A DNA stretch of 63,937 nt, counting the filler, from Collodictyon triciliatum (Eukaryota): the NCBI GenBank assembly GCA_043381765.1. It is 6 parts of 6 records of this genome, joined end to end, with 100 filler letters (N's around TTAATTAATTAA, not from the genome) between each part and the next. Parts side by side here need not be neighbours in the genome. Positions count along the whole stretch, not along the records: positions 1 to 13,682 come from JBHJMP010001944.1; 5 more parts are not named here. One strand, written 5' to 3'. A program made the translations under genes and the position numbers. How positions within the stretch are numbered: the first letter of the stretch is position 1; each line of letters opens with the position of its first letter. The notes beneath the pieces were generated by a model, which was not told where the DNA came from, did not search any database, and worked only from the letters and a program-made list of their open reading frames with translations. This document shows, piece after piece, positions 1 to 10,571 of this stretch.

Positions 1-90
1 ATAATCATAATCATAATCATAATCATAATCATAATCATAATCATAATCATAATCATAATCATAATCATAATCATAATCATAATCATAATC

Positions 91-166
<76 letters not shown>

Positions 167-218
167 TAACAATAATAATAATAATAATAGTAGTAGTAAT
201 AATAATAATCATAATAAT
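1..218. repeat. Compound microsatellite (ATAATC)n followed by (AAT)n at the start of the first assembly piece
   Basis: Directly visible tandem repeats. Confidence 0.95.
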
Positions 219-269
219 GATAATACTGAAGGTTTTTGCATGGTTGCTGATGTGGGTATATGAAAATCT

Positions 270-713
270 TTAGGAGATTTCCCTTGCGCCTTCGGCAACA
301 TACTCCAGTAGAGGAAGAATTAGGGCTTGCAGCCATTGTGCATCAGAAGGCACACGGAGTAAGCCAAGATGTTTTTTTCTGTCTTTTTTGAAGCGTGCCG
401 AAGCAGTGTGGCTGTGGCGTCTACATGTTTTATAAATTCCACTAATGCCGGGTAGTGCGGTGACCTCGCTTAAGATTACGGAATATGGATTTTCCACATC
501 AAAGTGCAACAAAGCGACAAACCCACAATCACTTTTTTCAAAAACACGAATGTGGGTTCCAGTGCCAAACAAACGCCGCCTTGGGACATTACGAATGAAA
601 TGCGCGCCACACAAAGGGATATTTATTCGTGTCAAGAAGCATAAATAGTCCTTCAGCAGAATATAAGCCGACAGCTTGAATCCACTCAACAGATTCGAAG
701 CAGCCACCATCAA
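270..713 (-). CDS. Hypothetical protein (147-aa ORF divergent from the LRR-kinase)
   Basis: Open frame in non-repetitive sequence; no recognisable motif. Confidence 0.2.
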   Translation of the reverse strand: MMVAASNLLSGFKLSAYILLKDYLCFLTRINIPLCGAHFIRNVPRRRLFGTGTHIRVFEKSDCGFVALLHFDVENPYSVILSEVTALPGISGIYKTCRRHSHTASARFKKDRKKHLGLLRVPSDAQWLQALILPLLEYVAEGAREIS

Positions 714-876
714 GCAACCAAACGAACTGCGTCAAGTCGACAAACCCATCCCTGAGCCAGATGTACTATCACATAAGTGACAAACGCCGAGAAGGATTCG
801 AATTAACTCCACAACCCGAAATGATGGTCAACTTCTTAGGAACCTCATCGCCCAACACCGCCCAACACCGTGAACA

Positions 877-2911
877 ATGTCCAACCGCGTGGCACGCCTT
901 CAGGAGCTGCAAAGGCTACTGGACTTGAGCAGCGTCTCTGAACTCGAGAATTGCACAAAGATAAGTCTCAAAGCCAAAGCTATTTCCTCGGTCCCTCTGG
1001 GTGTCTGGGATCTCACCCAACTGGTCGTATTGTGGCTTCAGAACAACAAGCTATCTGCAGTGCCTCCTGAGATAACACGACTGTCCAAACTCCAAGAGTT
1101 TAATATTTACAGTAATGCTCTGGTGACCTTAACGCCAGACATATCAAGGCTGACAGGCCTAACTGGTATATGGCTAACGTGGAATCAGCTCTCAGCCTTA
1201 CCTCAGGAAATCTATTTCCTGACAGGCCTAAAAGAACTACAGGTAGGAAGTAACAGACTGTCATCGCTTTCGCCGGAGCTATCTCGTTTGACAGGCCTAA
1301 CAGAGCTTGGAATCTTCGACAACATGGTATGCTAGTTGACATTTAATCGATATTATAAATGTAATGATGGCTTTTGAGATACTTACAACTTGTGTCAGAT
1401 AGAAGAATTACCCTTGCAAATAACAAGTTTGAAGAAACTTGAAATGATCTACCTGGAATCAAAAGGAAACATGCGCGTAAGACGAGCTCCAAGAGGAATT
1501 TCCAGTCTACCCTGCTGGAACAATACTGGAATGCCTTGGTCAGGAATGACATTAAGTTTTTCTGAGGCTCTTCGCAGACTAGAGCTCTACGACCCAGTAA
1601 GTCTCATAATATTTGCCGATGTATCGCCCATAAAACCAGGCTTTTGCAATCGCTAAAGCCCTGATGTTTCAACCGCTGCTAACACGTCGCACTTTAGGTT
1701 CCGATTGTACCAGCACATTATGGTAGCTAGCTCTTGCGAGCCTTTCCGATTATCAATTATCATTATTGATCCTTACAAAATATTGGAATAATCTACTGAA
1801 ATCCTTTTTTTTTTTATTTATTTATTTGTAATTCATTGTTACAGCTGACAGCCGCCTAGCATCCGGCAGATTTGCGGACGCTCTGACCGCCGAATTCGAA
1901 AAGCAAGAGAACGTCCTCGGAAAAGGCGGCTTTGGCATTGTCTTCAAGGCACAGCTGAAGGCCGGCTTATTCGCCATCAAGAAGGTCGGAGATGCCGCCT
2001 TTCTGAAACCCACAGACGGGGTCAATCCTGTTGAAGAAGGTGAGCTAATGCTGAGCCTAAAGCACGAAAATATCCTTGCACTCTTCGACTATGGCTTCCG
2101 CGGCAAAGACTTGCTCTTTATCATGGAGTTTGCCAACGGAGGAGAATTGTGTTCTCTTATTGAGAAAAGCAAAGGACTGGGCTATGAGACCACCGTCAAG
2201 TACGGCCTTCACATCATCCAAGGCCTTGTCTTCCTGCACACCCGCCCGAAGCCGATTCAGCATCGTGACCTCAAGACCGAGAACGTCCTTATAGCCAATG
2301 GCATCGCCAAACTGACAGACTTTGGGCTTTCAAAGAGCGGCGCGTCAGTTAACTCGGTGAGTGGCTTCAAGGGCTCAAAGAACTGGTCCCCACCAGAGGC
2401 CTTTGAGGTGGGCAAGAGTATGGGCCTGCCGAGCGACGTCTTCTCGTACGGTGTGGTCCTCTGGTCCATGTTATCAGGTGAGTACCCATACAAAGGCATG
2501 ACCTTAAACGAAGTCGGTGCGTTGGTCATGAGCGGAAAACCGCTTCCTCTTCCGCCATCGACCCCCTCGAATCTTGTTGCCTTGATTCACAAGTGCTGGG
2601 AGCGGAGCTACGAAATGCGCATCAAAGCCATGCTAGTCGAAGCGGAGCTGAAGGAGGTCATCAGAAACCCACTGGCTCCAGCAGCCGCCGTCGCTGTAAC
2701 TGTCAAGAGCATGAGCACGGAACAACTGGTCAGGTATTTGGAGGAGAAAAAGGTCCTCAAGTCGTTTATTGATGCCATCAAGGAAGGTGGGTACTCTGGA
2801 AGCGACTTCCTCGATATTGAAGAGTGTGACCTGGAGGCGGCTCCCTTTGTTCTGAGGAAGGTGCAAGCCAGGGCTATTCTGAACATCATCGAGGACGCGA
2901 AGCGCAAATAG
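877..2911 (+). CDS. LRR-containing protein kinase (TKL-like) with C-terminal SAM-like domain; exons 877-1326, 1399-1596, 1698-1722, 1845-2911
   Basis: 23-aa LRRs (LxxLxLxxNxLxxLP). GT-AG introns join all exons in frame via a 25-nt exon. Kinase motifs GKGGFG, FAIKK, HRDLKTEN, DFG, WSPPE, SDVFSYG. Tail 'MSTEQLVRYLEEK...FIDAIKEGGYSGSDFLDIEECDL' resembles a SAM domain. Confidence 0.85.
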
Positions 2912-3366
2912 CCACCTTTTCTTTTGCTTCCGCCAACAGGACTTCAGCAGCAGCTGTCTCCAAACCTTTTGCATGATTGCTCCTTTCCTAACACCTTTAC
3001 ACTTAATAAAGGTCACAAGCGCAGTAGACATTGGAGGCATTCGAGTGTGTGTATGTATGGAGCTGTCTTTCTCTTTTTTACTAGATACTGCTCACTTTTT
3101 TCCAATGTCATGTATCGCGACGAACCAACAAACAAGGAGCGCGAGCCTTGTCTGATGTATCCGATGAGTTGTATCAAGCTGAGTTACAGCACTGCGGAAG
3201 GTCGTCTGCATCTCGCTACTAGGTTGAAACTCAAGACCCATGAAAAAGAAAGAGTCGGCTTGTGTCCTGAGCCCCAACTCTATCTGCTCTCGTACTCTGC
3301 CCAATTGGCGTGGTGTTGTGCATGTGTTGTGTCTGGCTATCTGCGTGCTGTGCTGTCAGATTACTC

Positions 3367-3433
3367 CTTTTCTTTTTCTTTTTCTTTTTCTTTTTCTTTT
3401 TCTTTTTCTTTTTCTTTTTCTTTTTCTTTTTCT
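3367..3433. repeat. (TTTTTC)n microsatellite
   Basis: Visible tandem repeat. Confidence 0.95.
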
Positions 3434-3460
3434 TGCGGCGTCTTTATGAGCGACTCTAAG

Positions 3461-4200
3461 TGGAGGATAGGACACGAAGACACGAGAAAGTAGCTGCGTT
3501 TGCTAAAAGTATCCGTGTTTTGTTTGTAGCCAAGGACAAGATAGTTTGTGTGGGAAAACAAGAGAAAGGAACAGAGACAAGCCCCATTCTTTGCTTTCCG
3601 CCAAACCAGAACGCGTGCCGAAGGAGTTGCGGTATGATTGTTGCTGGGGTCGATGAGGCGCTCAAAGAGTGGATCGCTCTGTGTGTGGAAGGGAGCAGCG
3701 ACGCTGCCACATGGACGGAGGACGAAGACAAGGAACTGCAGAGTGTTCTCGAAGGTAGCTTATCTTTTGGCTTTCTGAAGTTCCTTCTCTACCTATTTTT
3801 CCCCCTCTTCATGAGTGCATGCAAAAACATGTTATTCATGTATTCGTTTATTTGTATATCTCTGAGGGCGTCGAGCCGAAGTGAGTTTGAGCCTCGTCAA
3901 CAAAATCGACGCACTTCTGAGACCGCATTGCCGAAGTAATCCAGAGGGCAAGGCCATTCCACCAGTGCGCAGTGTACTTTCTGCACAGTCGATAAGGTGG
4001 GTGCGGAGCATCGAAGAGCTCGACGTTGAGATAAAACAGGTTGGATGCCTCTCTTCATTAGCCATCTTGATACGCATCATTAAATGGATACATCGTTTGA
4101 GAAAGTGAGAAATTGCTCCATCACAAAGGATGTGGATTCTGAAAAGGCTGCGCGAAAGGAGGAGTTAAGATTGCAGTTGAGAAGATTATATATATATTAA
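3461..4200 (+). CDS. Probable spliced hypothetical protein (exon-like blocks ~3461-3753 and ~3868-4200)
   Basis: Coding-like blocks (EALKEWIALCVEG..., LVNKIDALLRPH...WVRSIEELDVEIKQ) separated by a T-rich GT..AG segment; no family recognised. Confidence 0.3.
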
Positions 4201-4212
4201 TCTATACACCCA

Positions 4213-5200
4213 TTATGCATTATTCCACCAGATTTGTAGCTTTTCACCTAAACTTAAAATGGGATTTATCAAAAAGATGGCTATCATTTTAACTATCGAG
4301 GCACACTCTTGTACCAAAATAAAATAAAATAAGATAAAAAATAAAACAAAACAAAACAAAATAAAACAAAACAAAATAAAACAAAACAAAATAAAACAAA
4401 ATAAAACAAAATAAAACAAAATAAAACAAAACAAAACAAAACAAAATAAAACAAAATAAAATAAAATAAAATAAAATAAAATAAAATAAAATAAAATAAA
4501 ATAAAATAAAATAAAATAAAATAAAATAAAATAAAACAAAATAAAACAATTCGCAGATATGAGGAGCGTTTATACCAAGAAATGGTGAAAGGGATAATAT
4601 CGCAGAGAAAAATAGAAGCACCTCCATTCGCTATCGTCACAAGGTTTCTTCATTTGATAAAAGAGACAAAAAATAAGGAAAAATGATAAAGGAAAAAGAA
4701 AACCTGGAAAATATTATTTTCTGAAAAATGCTGAATATGCATCAATAGATATCTATGATTAAACCACGAATTTGATCTTCTTTATCAGCGTGACCTCTCT
4801 TGAAATACAAAACTATGGAGTGATTTCCCTCTCAAAGACAAATATGCTAAAGTATCTATGCTTTCCCCAAACGGCGTGTTCCTAAACGCAATACCTACTA
4901 TAGGCAAATAGCACACATGGGAAGTCTAGGTGTAACTTCGCTGGCAGTTGGGGCGGCTGGATATATGGTTTCCCGCAACCTTTTTAACGACTTCAATATG
5001 GTCTGTGTCATCGCTTCATAGACTTCCGATTCGATGGGGGGCGCAATTGATTCCTTCATCTGCTGCCATTTGAAGAACAGAGTTCTATCGATGATGATGT
5101 GTTTTTGATTATTTTTTTTTATCATGGGCAGGTTGTTGCCTTCAGTGTCGCCTGTGTGGTTGCTGTGATGATTGTGGAGGTATTTAGACGCATGTCCCAT
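4213..5200 (-). CDS. Possible multi-exon hypothetical protein
   Basis: 100-aa ORF 4898-5200, an upstream GTAAGC donor near 5328 and exon-like blocks at ~4572-4648 and 4213-4308; phases not resolved. Confidence 0.2.
4316..4548. repeat. (AAAAT)/(AAAAC) pentanucleotide microsatellite
   Basis: Visible tandem repeat. Confidence 0.95.
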
Positions 5201-5739
5201 TCATCCATGGTCATATCAATTTTCTCGTATGTTCTTTAAAAAATCTCGCGCATGAGAATATATATATTGGCTTTCTGATGATTATGACTTTGCGCGCAGA
5301 CACTTTTGATGATGACAAGAGCTTACCAAGAGGAAAACGGCTCACAGAGACCCGGCCTCGCGCTGAGGAAACATGAATGCCCGAAGACAAAGGAAGAAAA
5401 GGAAGGAACTTGCAATTCCACTACGTAGAAAGGGTGTTTGGGAGACACAGACCTCGAGACTAACACGTATAAGAATTCCCATAAACACGAGATTTTTTTT
5501 TGTGGTTGTCCGATTGAATATAAAAGTATTTGGCTTTCTTTATGTTTAATCTGGATTATTTGCAGGACAAAAAGAAAAAAATTGAAAGGTCGAATATGAA
5601 CGAAAATCGTCTACACAGGGTAATAATGGTGTGGGTATTTGTATCAGTGATAGAAAAAATAAGAACAAAAAATGAACGAAAACAAAGCAAATGTGAGTGC
5701 CAATGTCGAGTATGGTTGGTAGAGTAAGGCTGGGCGTAT

Positions 5740-8700
5740 TCATAAGTGAAGAACGGGTTTTGGTGGGTTCTGGGTAGCATTCATCCTTCGGACCCATTCG
5801 GAGTGATTTTCCAGGCAAATCTGAACGGGTTGGGCGTCACCGTTGACATGGGATAGCGCAGTGAAAAGGGGAAGCGCGATGACTTCGAGAAACCCAACCT
5901 ATTTTTCGGGTTTAAGGGTTTGATGTATAAAAAATAGGTAAAAATCAAGTATAGGAAAATTACACTGATTTTCCGTTTAAAACATTACTTGATAGTGTGC
6001 TTTTTATTATTATTATTTGTGTTGTTTTTATTTGTTTTTGTTTGTGTGCTTGCCTGGGATTTTTCGAGAAGCGGAGTGGACCTATCCATAAATGTGGAGA
6101 TAGGAACATTTCGTCTTCTTTCTTCATCTCCCTGCCATTAGTAATTTTGAATGCCTCAGGTGAGCCAAAAAGCGAAAAAGAAAAAGGGATTGAAAAAGGA
6201 GAAGTAAAATAGTAAAAAAAATAAAATAAAAAAGATTCTACTTTCCATAGTCTTATGCAAATGTCAGAGTCCTGATATTTATACCTGCTGATAGAATTCT
6301 TCTGTGATACGAGCGGTCCACTTTTCATGTATATCGAGTTTTTTTGCGCTATGACCGATATCTGCGCACTTCAAAAGTATCTTGAGCATCAGTAGTTTAT
6401 CTTCACGATCGTCGAGGTTCAATCCTGTGTGTAATGCAGGTTTGGGAGAAACCCGGATGAATTAAAGAGATAAGAAAAAAAGAAGCCGACTGCAGAATAC
6501 ATTTTATCATAATCAATGGCGTAATTTCCGAACAAAGTTCCAACCCTGTCCGCCGACTTTGTTCTTGAACAAATTAACCAATTCAAAGTGCTTGGACATG
6601 TCAGTGGACAACACCAAATCAATCACAATGTCCCGAATTGATTTTCTCCTATAATAATCCGCCCCATAAAATTTAGAAAATAATAGTGTGCGATGTTTGT
6701 TCCAACAAAGATAAAGTAATCTTTGGATAAGAAAAAGGTTTACTCAATTATGGGGAGGTGCTGAAGGAAGTTATTTTCTTCCATGTAGAGTATTCTGAAT
6801 GCAGTAGTCAAGTGGTGATGCTCCTGAACCTAGAACGTTTTGAACAGAATGAATCGAAGAAGTCTTCTGTCCCGATAATGTCTTATATTGAATACGTGTT
6901 TTTCAATTTATCATAAAGGCCTCGTGAGCATGGACATACAGAGCGGTCATTGTGAACTAAAGCTCGCTGGGATCCAGTGAGCACGTGAAATGCATTCGTT
7001 CGGCCGTCGTGTTCAGCGTCGTGAATAATCGCTGCCAAGATGCCTGAAAAGATTTCCAAGTCGTTGTACTACAGGGGAAGCATAATCGTGTTTATTAGAA
7101 AAAGATGAACCTGACAGTTGGCTTTTGATTGAAGGAGGAAGAGATAAAAAAAGAAAGACTGCTTTTTTTAACAAGTCGTATGCAACCTTAGATAAAAGCG
7201 CAGGGTTCAGCAAGTGGCAGAAGGAGTTCACTACGTCAGCAGCGTGTATTGAGTTGTGATATGGATTTTGATTGTAAGACATTTCGATTGCAGCCAAAAA
7301 ATTGTCCAGCCTCCCGACCGGTATGTTCAGGCTGGAGTGTTTGGTGTAAATGGATGGTTAAGTTATCGGAGATAAAGATAGAGAAAATAAAGCTCCGGTA
7401 TTTTTGCCTGGGTTTTCTTTTCAACACATTATGGCCAGCCCACCAGCGAATACTCTTCTTTCACTTCAAAAAACGTGCATGGTATATGATTTACTCTAAA
7501 AGTTTGCGGAGATAAAACTTCAGATACCAAAATTTGCTCAAAGACATATATTAATAACCTGGATAGAAGCTGCAATGACTCCAAAAAGTACATGCTGATG
7601 AATTGAAGAGGGCGGCCATCAACATTTGTGGATAGTTCGATAGAGTCAATATTCCATGAGTCGTGTACAACCATATTCTGAATGATATGAAAGAAGCCCT
7701 ATATGGTAGCAACATGGTACTATTTCTTATTATTTTTCCAGGACTCTGCTATTGGTATTATTGTTGTTGATCTCCTTGAAGCCGGTTTTTTCAAATATAA
7801 AGGAAACCCAAAATAAAGGTAGTGAAAAAGTTCTATAACCATCGCTCTTTTTTTCATTTTTCAAACCTGGCGAAGTCTATCTGCGACTGTCCGAGAGCGT
7901 TTCGATCGGCCCTTAGTGTACGATCTTTTTCCTTGCATAGATGCTGCGTTCGCTCTCCAAGCCATCGTAGAATATGGAGAGCTATTTGGAGAAGCCTAGT
8001 AAAAAAAAAAAAAAAAAGTTAAATAAAACTATATGATATGTCACTTTAAGATGTATGAAATAAGAATAAATGAATGATAGAAGGAAAAAATAGTATGAAG
8101 AATGAAATAGTATACAGGAGATATAAATAAAAAAATCAATTAATAAATACCGAAGAGCCTTTCATCATATCTGCTATGTGTGATGCCGCAAAGCTTCCAA
8201 GGTAGGTGCCCCCACGCTCAGCCCCGACGAAAGAAACAAGCAAATTGTGTGTGTCTGGGTCCACATATTGAGGTTCTCCGTTGGCAGATTCGTTCAGCAA
8301 AGGTGAATAAATATCCGAACCAGATTGCAGCACATGCATGATGTTCATCAGCTCTTCTGATTCTTGGTCCGTGATGTTTGGAGAAAGAGCTATGTGTCGG
8401 ATAGTGCTAATGGCAGAGAGTATTGGTGGGTCTAGGTTTAGATCCAAAGTGTTTGTTTCCAGTCCAGTCTTCATTGTGTGGTACATCGAGCGAATAATGC
8501 CGTTGTTGTGGTCATGGAATGCATCATCTTCGTTTTGCATAAAATGCACAAAGATGGATACGAGTGTACAAATACCGGCGAAAGAAATACTTCCAAGGAG
8601 GATATTGATTTGATCCTTTTTTTTTTTTCATGAGAGAAAGGAGAAAAAGAAAAATCAAACTTATTGTCAAATGAATCGGAACTTCACACGGCACATAGAC

Positions 8701-10411
8701 TGAGAACTCATTCAAAATGTTCAAGTTAAATCAAATACCTCGACGGAATTGAAGCTCTCGTATGAAAAGGAGACAATCAAATACACGAGAACCATCAACC
8801 AAGATAGGATGACAGAGACATGTAAAGAAACCTTTGAAAAGGCACACAAAAGAAGCAACTGTGCAAGAAGAAAATATGTCATGACCGGTCCATCGGTGAT
8901 TCTATCGTCAATAATAAAGCATAAAGGGAGTCCGAATGAAATCGAAACGAGAAATCCACTAGTGGAAAGGAGAATATGAAACTTCTCCATGATTGGGCTG
9001 ATCGACATAAGAAATATAAATATGGGGATGACAAAGGACAACACCCAAAGAGTGATCTGGAGATTTTCAGAGAAATCAATGACCAGTCCTATCATCACCA
9101 AAGCTATAAGCAAGACCTGGGTGGATGAAAAAAAAATATATCTTGCTTTCAGATTTTACTGATCAAACAATCTAATTCGATTTCGTAGACTCGGGGGTAT
9201 GATAGTAGAGCATATAACATGCAGACTGTGTGTATATCAGGAGTTTACAAACATATCCAATTATCAAACGCAGAGCCAGTCTAGAGCGGAGGAGTTTAAC
9301 ATGAAGTTTCTTTTCTAGGTACAAAGCTTCCATACCAATGACGGACTGGCTTCGCTTTCTGAAAGAAAAGAAGAAGGAATGATTACAATAAAAATTCATA
9401 AAAAATCGGAAAAATGTTTTGAGCAATTTTTTATTTTTTGGAGTTTGACAGGAGATAACGATGCAGCGAATAAATCCAAAGTGTAGACCAGACCTGCTCC
9501 CAGTTGTGTTCGGCTTGATTGTGCGAGAGACCGAAACGGAGCGATCCATTATGTTCCTGCCAATCAGTGCATCGGCGGGCGTTGAAGAGACTCCAGTGGC
9601 GCCCGATGCGCTTGTGACCGGGATACTTGTGTTTGAGAAGGCTGACAGCTCAATACGGCTGTCGAGGTCGTCGAATTTCTACGGTTGATTGCCCGATGTG
9701 AAGTAAAATCAACAACGCGGCTGAGAAGAATAACCATCGTCGCAAATATTGTAGTATTACATGAATATAAAACACATATTGAAAACATATGATAAAAAAA
9801 AACCAGTCGCATAGGCCTTTCTTTGATAATTTAATCGCTTGCGAATGTAGGTTGCGTAAAGAATTATGCAGTCCGAGAGAAATAATGAGGAGTAATAATA
9901 ATGATAATATGGTTGTTAGAAATATTTCTTCAAGTTAAGGGATCCTATACTATTTTCAATTATTTAGAAACAACGATGGCCTTTCCCATTCATGACTTTG
10001 TTGCCGTGGTGGAATATGTCATATACAGACAAGAAAAGCAGGAGAAAAGCAAGAGAAAACAAGAGAAAACAAGAGAAAAGCAGGAGAAAAGCAGGAGAAA
10101 AGAAGAGAAAGCAAGAGAAAAGCAAGAGAAAGCAAGAGATAAACGGATTCGCAGTGCAGTTCGGAAAGCTGATCGAAAAGGTTTGTGGGGTGCGGATGGT
10201 GAATGTCAGAGTTTCTAGTTATGCATACCTTATTTGAGTTGTATTTGTCAATAATGCTTAATTGGAAGGGTTTGCTTAGTGTTTTTGCGGATGACAGCTT
10301 TGGACTCACTTTTAAAGGAGGTGTATACGGGCTTGTCAGCGCGAAACCAAAGGAATCAATAGTCAGAACAAGTAATCTGCAACAGTCGTCTGCAATTGAG
10401 CGGCTTATCAT
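5740..10411 (-). CDS. Class I cyclic nucleotide phosphodiesterase with N-terminal multi-pass transmembrane region (multi-exon; start codon tentative)
   Basis: Spliced motifs NPYHNSIHAADV, AAIIHDAEHDGRTN, QEHHH, VLSTDMSKHF, LKCADIGH, EEFYQQ-GDEE, KSQ-VGFLE; hydrophobic helices in exon ~8739-9116; TGA at 5740-5742. Confidence 0.9.
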
Positions 10412-10428
10412 TTATTTTGTCTTTTCTT

Positions 10429-10510
<82 letters not shown>
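10429..10510. repeat. (AG)n microsatellite
   Basis: Visible tandem repeat. Confidence 0.95.
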
Positions 10511-10513
<3 letters not shown>

Positions 10514-10571
10514 CCGCTAGGAGAGGAGGGAAATCAGCATATGGAAAGTGTATAGCAAGGGAATAATTTCA

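Noticed and set aside
5305..5370. Box C/D snoRNA (ATGATGA...CTGA)
   Set aside because: No recognisable rRNA guide and a weak terminal stem; the region is better explained by a minus-strand exon with a GTAAGC donor
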